From contig OZ223300.1 in assembly GCA_965140705.1 (NCBI GenBank), positions 1,152,001 through 1,216,000 on the forward strand: a stretch of 64,000 nt of DNA. Direction: 5' to 3'. Under the pieces are notes generated by a model, which did no database searches, was not told the DNA's origin, and worked only from the letters and a program-made list of their open reading frames with translations. The DNA is from an uncultured Arcobacter sp. (GTDB lineage Bacteria > Campylobacterota > Campylobacteria > Campylobacterales > Arcobacteraceae). This document shows positions 19,836 to 29,058 of this stretch, one piece after another. Numbering within the stretch: position 1 is the stretch's first letter; each line of letters begins with the position of its first letter. Both the position numbers and the translations under genes were made by a program.

Positions 19836-20438
19836 ATTCTCATGAAGACTTAGTAGTCTTCGCTTTTCTTACTTTTTACCCTTCGGGATTTAGTCACTAT
19901 CGTTCCTGCATGATCTCGAAAAAGTAAGCCTTGTGCTTGCACTCTCTTTGAGAAAAAAGACTGCCGAATTGATGAAGGCAAGCTTCCTTCCAGTTATACA
20001 TTTATTTCCTGCCCTGCAAAACTCACTAAAATGACCATTTAGGTCATTTCTTAACGCTCAAACAGTTTCGGGCTTTACCGAAAATAAACATCTAACTTCC
20101 AGCTTCATCAAAGGCAGAAAGAAAAGACGATAGTTTTAACTGCTAATTTATAAAGTAATATATAGACACCAAATGATATTGCTACATCTGCAGGAGCCGA
20201 ATGTTTATTTCTCTTTTCGGAAAAGACTTGTAACTGTTTGAACAGAACAAATATGCTAAAGAGCATATTTTTATGTGAGTTTTACAAGTCAGAAAAGATA
20301 AATAATAAATGAGGGAAGCTTTGCCTCCGAAGCCGTAGTTGTTTTTGCTTACTTTTCGTCAATACATGCTGGAACGAAGTGACTAAATCCTGAAAGGTAA
20401 AAGTAAGAAAGCGAAGAGGTTTACCTCTTCAAGAGAAT
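19836..20438. repeat. Structured non-coding element copy A: two diverged units in inverted orientation (MITE/REPIN-like)
   Basis: Imperfect terminal inverted repeats of about 90 bp (ATTCTC..GAAG hairpin..CTTACTTTT..AAAAGTAAGC). Near-identical to 22441-22976. No credible ORF. Confidence 0.9.
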
Positions 20439-20479
20439 AAATATTTTGATTTACATTTTAATACTTTAAGTATATTATC

Positions 20480-20509
20480 TTGACATCATACCATACTGTA
20501 TGGTATGAT
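20480..20509 (+). promoter_or_regulatory. sigma70 promoter overlapped by a TetR-type operator
   Basis: TTGACA (20480-85), 18-nt spacer, TATGAT (20504-09); perfect palindrome ATCATACCATAC-T-GTATGGTATGAT at 20485-20509. Confidence 0.8.
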
Positions 20510-20526
20510 TATCAAAAAGGAACAAT

Positions 20527-21066
20527 ATGACAAAAGAAGATTGGATGGACTCATCTTTGAAATTAGTTTCAAAACATGGTGTTGATATATTAAAAATCGA
20601 TTCGCTCTGTAAAAAATTAAAAGTTACTAAAGGCTCTTTTTATCATCATTTCAAAAGTCACAAAATATTTATTGAAGAGATTTTAGAGTATTGGTACAAA
20701 ACTTTTACAATGGATATTATTGAGAAAAGTAAACAATTTGAAAATAATCCTCTAAAACAAATGGAGTTACTAAATAATACCATATATTCAAAAGACCTAA
20801 ATATTGAAATCGAATTTAGAGCTTGGGGTCTTAGAAATGAACTTGTTTTACCATATATGGAAAAGATTGATAAAGAACGAATTTTCATACTAAGAAATAT
20901 TCAAGATAAACTTAATCCTAATCTTGATGAAAAAATAAATGAAGAAATGACTTTGTTAATTTATTGTAAATTTCTTGGTACTTTATTTATTCAACCAAGA
21001 TTATCAAGTACTAGAAATAAAGAACTTGATGATTTTTTATTAAACTTAGTACTTTCTCATAAATGA
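20527..21066 (+). CDS. TetR/AcrR-family transcriptional regulator
   Basis: N-terminal HTH LKVTKGSFYHHF; IEFRAWG. Confidence 0.9.
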   Translation: MTKEDWMDSSLKLVSKHGVDILKIDSLCKKLKVTKGSFYHHFKSHKIFIEEILEYWYKTFTMDIIEKSKQFENNPLKQMELLNNTIYSKDLNIEIEFRAWGLRNELVLPYMEKIDKERIFILRNIQDKLNPNLDEKINEEMTLLIYCKFLGTLFIQPRLSSTRNKELDDFLLNLVLSHK

Positions 21067-21164
21067 AAATTATAATTAAATTCTATAAAAGAATTGTCTC
21101 TTCTACTAAAACAAAATTATGCAGAGATATTTAAATGGCTAGTAAAATCAAATAAAGGTATAAA

Positions 21165-21527
21165 ATGAAAACATGGATTAGTAAATGGTTAATATTTGTA
21201 TCAACAGGTCATACTGTTGTTGGATTTTTGTTATTTGGAAATATTTATATGGAAATGTTTTTAAATGGATTATTTAAAACAGTTGATTCCGAAAGCACTG
21301 CCGCTGCAGCATGGTATTTACTTTTTGGGTTATTGTTGTTTATAGTGAGTTTTCTTATCTTTATTATAGAAAAGAATGATGCATTAGAAGTTCCAAACTC
21401 AATAGGAATAGCACTTTTTATGTTAACTACACTTGGAGTAATATTGATGCCTGCTTCTGGGTTTTGGTTAGTATATCCTGCTGCAATTGGTATTGTATTA
21501 AAAAATAAAAAACAAAGATTTAACTAG
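21165..21527 (+). CDS. Small membrane protein (DUF6463-like)
   Basis: GHTVVG, AAAWYLLFG, LMPASGFWL; four hydrophobic segments. Confidence 0.6.
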   Translation: MKTWISKWLIFVSTGHTVVGFLLFGNIYMEMFLNGLFKTVDSESTAAAAWYLLFGLLLFIVSFLIFIIEKNDALEVPNSIGIALFMLTTLGVILMPASGFWLVYPAAIGIVLKNKKQRFN

Positions 21528-22381
21528 TGTTTAAGTTTATAAAAAAACTGTTGGTTTTAGTCTTTATATTAGTTTTACAGGTATTAATATATTTTATTTT
21601 TATAGAACCTATAATTACACAATGGGGAGCTTCAAAAGAAGAGGTATCCATGCCAATGGTGGGTGATAATGATAATTTAAACATCACATCAACTAGAGCA
21701 ATACAAATTGGTGCAAATAAACATATTATTTGGCAATCACTTATGCAATTAGGTGCTAATAGGCAAGGTTTTTATAGCTATGATTTTATTGAGCATGAAT
21801 TAGGAAATAAAGCTCAAGATCAAAGTATAAATAAATATAAAAACACTAATTTAAAAGTAGGAGATATTGTTCATGGTTCAAGAAATAAAGGAAGTGCTTT
21901 AAGTGTTTACAATTTTCAAGTACTTTATGTAAAACCAGAAGAAAGCCTTGTTTTAGAAAATTGGGGTACATTTTTAGTAAAAAGTATAAATGAAAAACAA
22001 TCTCGATTGATTGTTAGAACACAAGAAAAGAAAAGTGTTAATTTATGGACAAGTTTTAAAAATCATTTGATTATTCCATTTCATTATATAATGGAACGAC
22101 GAATGTTATTAGGTCTTAAAATGCACTCAGAACAAAGTAATAAATTTTCGCCTAATAATGACTTATTATGGTTTGGCGGAGTTGTTTCTTTATTTTGTTT
22201 GATTCTGTTGCTTTTTTTCAGACTAAAGGGAATTCTCCTTAAGATTATTATTACATCTTTTTTTGCTATTTTATGGCAAGTAATAGTATTTTTATTTGAA
22301 CCTAAATTTTTATATAGTGCAGTTTTATTAGTTATTATATGTTTTATACTCTTTAAAATCCGGGGACAGAATACCAATTAA
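21527..22381 (+). CDS. Membrane-anchored SRPBCC/START-like hypothetical protein
   Basis: WGASKEE..MPMVGD, QLGANRQGFYSYD, HYIMERRMLLGLK; N- and C-terminal TMs; GTG start. Confidence 0.6.
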   Translation: MFKFIKKLLVLVFILVLQVLIYFIFIEPIITQWGASKEEVSMPMVGDNDNLNITSTRAIQIGANKHIIWQSLMQLGANRQGFYSYDFIEHELGNKAQDQSINKYKNTNLKVGDIVHGSRNKGSALSVYNFQVLYVKPEESLVLENWGTFLVKSINEKQSRLIVRTQEKKSVNLWTSFKNHLIIPFHYIMERRMLLGLKMHSEQSNKFSPNNDLLWFGGVVSLFCLILLLFFRLKGILLKIIITSFFAILWQVIVFLFEPKFLYSAVLLVIICFILFKIRGQNTN

Positions 22382-22440
22382 TTATAAATTGAAGTAGATT
22401 ACAGAAGTTGAAATTTCATTTTTTTCTAATATATGTTTTT

Positions 22441-22976
22441 ATGCTCATGAATACCTAAAGGTATTCGCTTTTCTTACTTTTTGATCTCGAAAAAGTAAGC
22501 CTTGTGCTTGCACTCTCTTTGAGAAAAAAGACTGCCGAATTGATGAAGGCAAAGCTACCTTCCAGTTATATATTTATTTTCTGCCCTGCAAAACTCACTA
22601 AAATGACCATTTAGGTCATTTTTTAACGTTCAAACAGTTTCGGGCTTTACCGAAAATAAACATATAACTTCCAGCTTCATCAAAGGCAGAAAAAAATACC
22701 CATAGTTCAAATTTTTATTTATAAAGTAATATATAGACACCAAATAATATTGCTACATCTGCAGGAGCCGAATGTTTATTTCTCTTTTCGGAAAAGACTT
22801 GTAATTGTTTGAACAGAACAAATATGCTAAAGAGCATATTTTATGTGAGTTTTACAAGTCAGAAAAGATAAATAATAAATGAGGGAAGCTTTGCCTCCGA
22901 AGCCGTAGTTGTTTTTGCTTACTTTTCGTCAATACAAAAGTAAGAAAAGCGAAGAGGTTTACCTCTTCAAGAGAAT
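22441..22976. repeat. Structured non-coding element copy B (direct repeat of copy A, lacking both 33-34 nt inserts)
   Basis: Aligns by eye with 19836-20438 along almost its whole length. Confidence 0.9.
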
Positions 22977-23116
22977 AAGTATTTTGAATTTATATTGTTT
23001 CATGTAGTTTACTTTTTAGGTGAATATATCTCTTTTGTTTCAAAATAACACGTTGTTTTATTTTTATAAAGTCCTATATAATGGTATTATTAATACAAAT
23101 TTTGAAATTTAAAACA

Positions 23117-23142
23117 ATTTTGAAACAATATTGTTTCAAAAT
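23117..23142 (+). promoter_or_regulatory. Perfect 26-bp palindromic operator candidate upstream of the TAXI-TRAP genes
   Basis: ATTTTGAAACAAT|ATTGTTTCAAAAT, with an extra half-site TTGTTTCAAAAT at 23035-23046. Confidence 0.6.
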
Positions 23143-23181
23143 ATGTTATACTTTTCTTGTACAAAAACAAAGGAGAATAAC

Positions 23182-24195
23182 ATGTTTAAAAATTCGATTT
23201 TAAAAAAATTGTTGGCAACTTCAGTAATGACTGCAGCAATGTTAACAGGTGCAAATGCTGCAGAGAGTAAGTATGTAATTGCAACAGCAAGTACAGGGGG
23301 GACTTATTATCCAGTTGGTGTAGGTATTGCTACAATTGCTTCACTTAAATTAGCAAAAGACCATAAAGTTACGTTTTCTGCAATTACAAGTGCTGGAAGT
23401 AATGAAAATATTGATATGCTTGAAAAGGGTGAAGTTAACTTTGCTATTTTACAAGGACTATTTGGTTCAATGGCTTGGCAAGGGAAAGGTCAATATAAAG
23501 GTCATCCTAAAAAGAACTTAAGATCTATATCTATGTTATGGCAAAATGTTGAGCAATTTACAATTAAAAGTAAATATGCAAAAACTGGTAATATAAAAGA
23601 TATGAAAAATCTTTATGGTGAGAGATTCTCTATTGGTGGAAGAAGTTCAGGTTCAAGAGTTTCATCAGAGACTATATTAGAATCACTAGGAATTGATTTC
23701 AATAAAATGGACTTACAATATTTAGGATATAGTCCAAGTTCTACTGCACTTCAAGATGGAAAAGTACAAGGTATGACAACACCATCAGGACCTCCAACAT
23801 CAGCTGTTACAAATGCTTTTGCTTCAATTGGAAATGATAACATAAGAGTATTAGATTTCTCAAAAGATGATTTAGCAAAAATTGATGCAAATTATCCTGT
23901 TTGGACTCCATTTACTATAAAAGCTGGAACTTATCCTGGACAAACAAAAGATATCTATACAATAGCTCAACCAAATTTACTTGTTGTTACAAAAGATACA
24001 CCAGAAGAAGTTGTTTATTTATTAACTAAAACAATTTATGAAAATCTACCATTTTTAAATAGTGTACATAAAGCAACACTTGCTATGTCTTTACAAAAAG
24101 CAATAGATGGGTTACCAATGCCACTTCATAAAGGTGCTGCAAAATACTACAGAGAACAAGGTATCAAAATACCAGATTCTTTAATTGATAACTAA
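23182..24195 (+). CDS. TAXI-family TRAP solute-binding protein
   Basis: Signal peptide, ATASTGGTYYPVG, GSNENI, PLHKGAAKYYRE; ATG at 23182 follows an AAGGAG SD. Confidence 0.92.
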   Translation: MFKNSILKKLLATSVMTAAMLTGANAAESKYVIATASTGGTYYPVGVGIATIASLKLAKDHKVTFSAITSAGSNENIDMLEKGEVNFAILQGLFGSMAWQGKGQYKGHPKKNLRSISMLWQNVEQFTIKSKYAKTGNIKDMKNLYGERFSIGGRSSGSRVSSETILESLGIDFNKMDLQYLGYSPSSTALQDGKVQGMTTPSGPPTSAVTNAFASIGNDNIRVLDFSKDDLAKIDANYPVWTPFTIKAGTYPGQTKDIYTIAQPNLLVVTKDTPEEVVYLLTKTIYENLPFLNSVHKATLAMSLQKAIDGLPMPLHKGAAKYYREQGIKIPDSLIDN

Positions 24196-24226
24196 AAATA
24201 AAGAGAGTCTAACTCTCTTTATTTTA
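24196..24226 (+). terminator. Hairpin between TAXI SBP and permease (terminator or mRNA stabiliser)
   Basis: AAAGAGAG...CTCTCTTT stem followed by a T-rich tract. Confidence 0.55.
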
Positions 24227-24285
24227 TATCTTACATAAGTGATTTGAAATCATTTATGTAGCTTATAAATCTAAGGACAATAATC

Positions 24286-26241
24286 ATGATAAAAATAAAA
24301 TACTTTAAAGAAATAACATTTGCTTATGCCATATTAATTTCACTTTTTCACTTCTATATTAATATTTGGGGTGGGATTAGTGACTTGTGGTTTAATTCAG
24401 CCCATTTTGCACTTTTAGGATCACTTGGTTTCTTAACTTATGAAGCTAGTAAAGGTGAAGATAGAGTAAGTATATTAAATATTATTCTTGCTATCTTATC
24501 TCTAAGTACATTTGTATATATGATGTTATTTGAAGAGAGTTTATATTCAGTTGCTCACTCTCAAATGAGATTGAGTGATATTATAGTTGTTTCTATGACA
24601 ATAATTTTGGCAATAGAGTTAGTGAGAAGATATACAGGGTATATTATTCCAGCTCTTATAATACTAAGTATTTCTTATGTGTTATTCTTGGGACAATATT
24701 TTGAAGGTGTTTTTGCCTTTGGAGGAATGGATTTTGATAGATTTTTATATAGAATGTTTTATACAGGTGAGGGATTATTTGGTCCAATAGCCACTATTTC
24801 TTCAACATATGTATTTATGTTTATTCTATTTGCTGCTTTTTTATTGAAATCAGGAGCAGGGGACTTTATCGTAGATGTTTCAAATGCAGTTGCAGGTAAA
24901 TATACAGGTGGAACAGGTCATGTTGCAGTATTTTCTTCTGCACTTATGGGAACTATTTCAGGAAGTGCTGTTGCAAATACAGTGTCAACGGGGTCTATTA
25001 CAATTCCTATGATGAAAAGGGCAGGCTTTAAAGGAACTTTTGCCGCGGCAGTTGAAGCAGCAGCAAGTACAGGTGGACAAATCATGCCTCCGATTATGGG
25101 AGCAGGAGCTTTTATTATGGCTCAAATTACCCATATTCCATTTGTAACTATTATCTCTGTATCTGTATTACCTGCAATTTTATATTTTGCATCTATCTCT
25201 TTTTATATTCATATTCATGCAAAGGAACATAATATAAAAGGTGAAGATAATAATATTAAAGTTCTACCACTATTAAGAGAAGGTTTTCATTTTTTTATTC
25301 CAATTATAGTATTAGTTGGACTTTTGATTTATGGATATTCTCCAACTTATGCAGCATCAATTGCAATCGTTACTATTGTTTTTGCCTCATATTTGACAAA
25401 AAATAAAAGAATGGGACTAAAAGAGATATTAGAAGCCCTTGCCCTTGGTAGTCAAAACATGGTAGTAACTGGAATATTATTAGTCTCTGTTGGTATTATT
25501 GTTGGTGTTATTAATATATCTGGAATTGGAATCACTTTTTCTCAACTTATTATGGCATGGTCAGGAAACTCTTTACTTATAGCTATTATATTAATCGCAA
25601 TAGCTTCACTTATTTTGGGTATGGGATTACCTGTTACTGCATCATATGTAGTATTGTCAGTTTTAAGTGCACCTGCTCTTGTTGGTCTTATGTTAACTCC
25701 TGCTATGGCAACACTTGTTAATGCTGGAGTTCAAATCCCAGAAGCTGCAATGTACTTATTGTCAGCACATTTAATTATCTTTTGGTTATCTCAAGATTCA
25801 AATCTTACTCCACCTGTTTGTTTAGCAGCATTTGCAGCAGCAGCTATTGCAAAAACTCCTCCAATGCAAACTGGACTTGTGTCTTGGAAAATAGGTAAAG
25901 GTATGTATATTATTCCTTTATTATTTGCTTTTACTCCTCTTATAAATGGGGATTGGTTCGAGAGATTTGAAGTATTTATTTTCGCCTTCTTTGGGATTTT
26001 GTCTTTTTCTATTGTTATGGAAGGTTTTTGGGATAAAAAGATGATGATTTTAGAAAGAGTTGTATTTGCAGTTGCAACAATTTTATTATTAACAGAAGAT
26101 GAAGCTTATCATTTTGAGTCATTTTTTGGCATAGTACAAACTACGCATATTGCAGGATTTATTATCTTTGTTGTTTCTATGATATTACATAAAAAATTGT
26201 TTAAAGAACAAAAAACTTATGAATCAGCTAATTTGAATTGA
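24286..26241 (+). CDS. TRAP fused 4TM/12TM permease (TAXI type)
   Basis: GTISGSAVAN, AASTGGQIMPPIMGAGAF, LGMGLP, TPPVCLAAF. Confidence 0.92.
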   Translation: MIKIKYFKEITFAYAILISLFHFYINIWGGISDLWFNSAHFALLGSLGFLTYEASKGEDRVSILNIILAILSLSTFVYMMLFEESLYSVAHSQMRLSDIIVVSMTIILAIELVRRYTGYIIPALIILSISYVLFLGQYFEGVFAFGGMDFDRFLYRMFYTGEGLFGPIATISSTYVFMFILFAAFLLKSGAGDFIVDVSNAVAGKYTGGTGHVAVFSSALMGTISGSAVANTVSTGSITIPMMKRAGFKGTFAAAVEAAASTGGQIMPPIMGAGAFIMAQITHIPFVTIISVSVLPAILYFASISFYIHIHAKEHNIKGEDNNIKVLPLLREGFHFFIPIIVLVGLLIYGYSPTYAASIAIVTIVFASYLTKNKRMGLKEILEALALGSQNMVVTGILLVSVGIIVGVINISGIGITFSQLIMAWSGNSLLIAIILIAIASLILGMGLPVTASYVVLSVLSAPALVGLMLTPAMATLVNAGVQIPEAAMYLLSAHLIIFWLSQDSNLTPPVCLAAFAAAAIAKTPPMQTGLVSWKIGKGMYIIPLLFAFTPLINGDWFERFEVFIFAFFGILSFSIVMEGFWDKKMMILERVVFAVATILLLTEDEAYHFESFFGIVQTTHIAGFIIFVVSMILHKKLFKEQKTYESANLN

Positions 26242-26509
26242 TGAAATAAAAGTCGAAAATATTATTAGTGATGATTTTAATGATATAAAGATATTTAAAT
26301 TTTCTGAAGGCTTTATATTTAATAGTCAAAATTATTTTATTAAGAATTTAAAGGAAGAGTATATTTTAACAGTGAGAGAAAATATATTTCTTCTTTTTTT
26401 CATGAAAAAAACTTCCTAAATATTTTGTAATAATAGTTTATGAACTTAGATATAGACTAAATAGAATTTATTTAAATTTCGAATTAATTGATAATATAGA
26501 AAGGTAATT

Positions 26510-28417
26510 ATGTATTCTATTAATGATTTAAAAATGGATAAAAAAATTATTTTAGCTCCTTTTTTTGTAACTTTGATGTTAAGTGTTATTGCATTATTTT
26601 CAATTAGTGCTTTAAAATCTGATAAAAATATATTAACTGAAATAGTTGAAGTAAAATTTCAAACTTATATGGATAGTAATAATTTTTTAAAAGATATTAA
26701 TATCTTAAATAGTGTCTTGTATAAGGTTTTTAGTTATGTATCAAGTGGAATTGAAAAATCAAAAGTTGACAAAGAGATAGTAGTTTTAAAAAGTCTACAA
26801 GAAAAAATAAATAAAGAGATAAAAGATATCAATAAGTCAACTTTTTTAGATGAAAAAAATAAAAAGATTTTTAAATCAATTCAACAAGATTTAGAAGAGT
26901 ATAATAGGGCTTTAGATGGTGCTTTGACAATGTTGAAAATTTCATCATCTCAAACAGTACCAGGTCAGCCAGTAAATATGAGTATGTCCATGCCAATGCT
27001 ATTTGTTACAGATAATTTGTTTATAAAAATTAATGATACGATTAAAAACGTTAGTAATGAAGCTGGGAATCAAAATAAAATTACATATAAAGAGTCTTTG
27101 AATAAAATAGATAAAACCTTATATGTTTTATATGTAATTATTTTTATTTCACTTATATCTTCTATATTAATTAGTACTTTTGTTACCAATTCAATAAAAA
27201 AACCTTTACAAAAATTTCAAGAGGGATTACTAGGTTTTTTTAGATACATTAATGGAGAAACGACTGATGTAACCTTAATTAAATTAAAGGGTAGTGATGA
27301 ATTATGTGAAATGGCAACAAGTATAAATAATAATATTGAAAAAACTAAAATTACAATGGAAGAAGATAAAAAGTTAGTAAATAATGCAATTGATTCTGTA
27401 AATAGAGCTAAACTTGGATTTTTTGATACAAGAATCATGGGAGATTCCTCAAATACTGTTTTAAATGAATTAAAAAATTTAATAAATGAGCTATTAAGTG
27501 AGATTGATTTAAATATTAAACATGCAAGTGAAGTATTGTCTAAGTATTCTAAGTATGATTATACTTCACGTATTGATATATCAAAAATAGATGGAGATCT
27601 AAAATCCCTTTGTGACGATATAAATATACTAGGTGATGCTGTTACAACTATGTTAGTAGATAATAAGAATGTTGGAACAATTTTATCAACAAATGCAAAT
27701 ACCCTATCTTCTAATGTTAGTGATTTAACAAATTCAACTAATTATCAAGCAGATGGACTTAAAAGTATAGCAACTTCAATAGAAGAGATAACTGCTAATA
27801 TGAGAAAGAGTAGTAGTTCTGTTACTGAAATGGCGTCATATACTGATTTTGTTGCTAGCTCTGTTTTTGAGGGACAAGAGTTGGCAAATAAAACCTCTTT
27901 ATCAATGAATGAAATTAATACCCAAACAAATTCAATAGCAAGTGCTATTGATATTATTGAAGAGATTGCATTTCAAACAAATATTTTATCACTAAATGCA
28001 GCAGTTGAAGCGGCAACTGCAGGGGAAGCAGGGAAAGGATTTGCTGTAGTTGCAGCTGAAGTTAGAAATTTGGCAACAAGAAGTGCTGATGCAGCAAAAG
28101 AGATTAAAAGTTTAGTTGAAAATGCAACAAATAAAGCAGATGAAGGTAAAGTTATTTCTGATGAAATGATTGATGGTTATGAAAAACTTAATTTAAATAT
28201 TAGTAAAACATTAGAACTGATTGAGAATGTATCTTCTTCTTTTCAATTGCAATTTGATGAAATGGTACAAATTAATGATTCTATTACTAATTTAGAAAAA
28301 ATAACAAAACAAAATGTTATAGTATCAAATAATACAAATGAAGTTGCATTGGTTGTAAATAAAATAGCTGATGAAGTAGTATCTAAGATTGAAGATAAAA
28401 ACTTTAATGGAAAATAG
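26510..28417 (+). CDS. Methyl-accepting chemotaxis protein
   Basis: Two TMs, HAMP, signalling hairpin [37 protein letters not shown]. Confidence 0.93.
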   Translation: MYSINDLKMDKKIILAPFFVTLMLSVIALFSISALKSDKNILTEIVEVKFQTYMDSNNFLKDINILNSVLYKVFSYVSSGIEKSKVDKEIVVLKSLQEKINKEIKDINKSTFLDEKNKKIFKSIQQDLEEYNRALDGALTMLKISSSQTVPGQPVNMSMSMPMLFVTDNLFIKINDTIKNVSNEAGNQNKITYKESLNKIDKTLYVLYVIIFISLISSILISTFVTNSIKKPLQKFQEGLLGFFRYINGETTDVTLIKLKGSDELCEMATSINNNIEKTKITMEEDKKLVNNAIDSVNRAKLGFFDTRIMGDSSNTVLNELKNLINELLSEIDLNIKHASEVLSKYSKYDYTSRIDISKIDGDLKSLCDDINILGDAVTTMLVDNKNVGTILSTNANTLSSNVSDLTNSTNYQADGLKSIATSIEEITANMRKSSSSVTEMASYTDFVASSVFEGQELANKTSLSMNEINTQTNSIASAIDIIEEIAFQTNILSLNAAVEAATAGEAGKGFAVVAAEVRNLATRSADAAKEIKSLVENATNKADEGKVISDEMIDGYEKLNLNISKTLELIENVSSSFQLQFDEMVQINDSITNLEKITKQNVIVSNNTNEVALVVNKIADEVVSKIEDKNFNGK

Positions 28418-28460
28418 AATAAAATTACTGAAAGATTACTGAATATTAAGGAAAAAGTAG

Positions 28461-29057
28461 ATGCAAAAACTTATTGATACGTTAAAATCTTGTGGTTATG
28501 ATCCACACTTTGTTCAGACAAAAGAGGAAGCTTTTGATTTAGCTAAAACTTTTATAAAAGAGGGTATGAAAGTGGGACTTGGAGGTTCTGTTACTGTTGG
28601 AGAAATAGGCTTACTTGATTATTTGGCAAATAAAAAAGATATAACTTTATATAACCAATATGAACTTGGTATTTCAATGGAAGAAAATACAGAAAGAAGA
28701 AGACAAGGACTAGTTTCAGATATCTTTGTTACAGGAATAAATGCTTTAACAAAAGATGGGGAAATAGTAAATGCTGATGGAAGTGGAAATAGAGTAGCTG
28801 CCTTTTGTTTTGGTCCTAAAAAGATATTAGCAATAGTGGGTGTAAATAAAATCGTTGAAAATTTAGAAGATGGTTTTAAAAGAGTTATGGAAGTAGCTGC
28901 TGTTAAAAACATAGATAGAATGAATAAAAAAGCAATAGAGATGGGAAAAGAACCAAAACAAAATTTAAATACTATTGCCAATAAATTTACTTGGGTAAAA
29001 GCTGATGAAAAAGATAGAATCACAATTATTCTTATAAATGAAGAGTTGGGATACTAA
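28461..29057 (+). CDS. LUD-domain (LutC/YkgG-like) protein
   Basis: GLGGSVT, NALTKDGEIVNADGSGNRV, FGP..VGVNKIV. Confidence 0.8.
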   Translation: MQKLIDTLKSCGYDPHFVQTKEEAFDLAKTFIKEGMKVGLGGSVTVGEIGLLDYLANKKDITLYNQYELGISMEENTERRRQGLVSDIFVTGINALTKDGEIVNADGSGNRVAAFCFGPKKILAIVGVNKIVENLEDGFKRVMEVAAVKNIDRMNKKAIEMGKEPKQNLNTIANKFTWVKADEKDRITIILINEELGY

Positions 29058-29058
29058 A

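Noticed and set aside
19836..22976. CRISPR array or autonomous IS interpretation of the repeats
   Set aside because: No short repeat-spacer periodicity, no cas or transposase ORF, and no clear target-site duplication.
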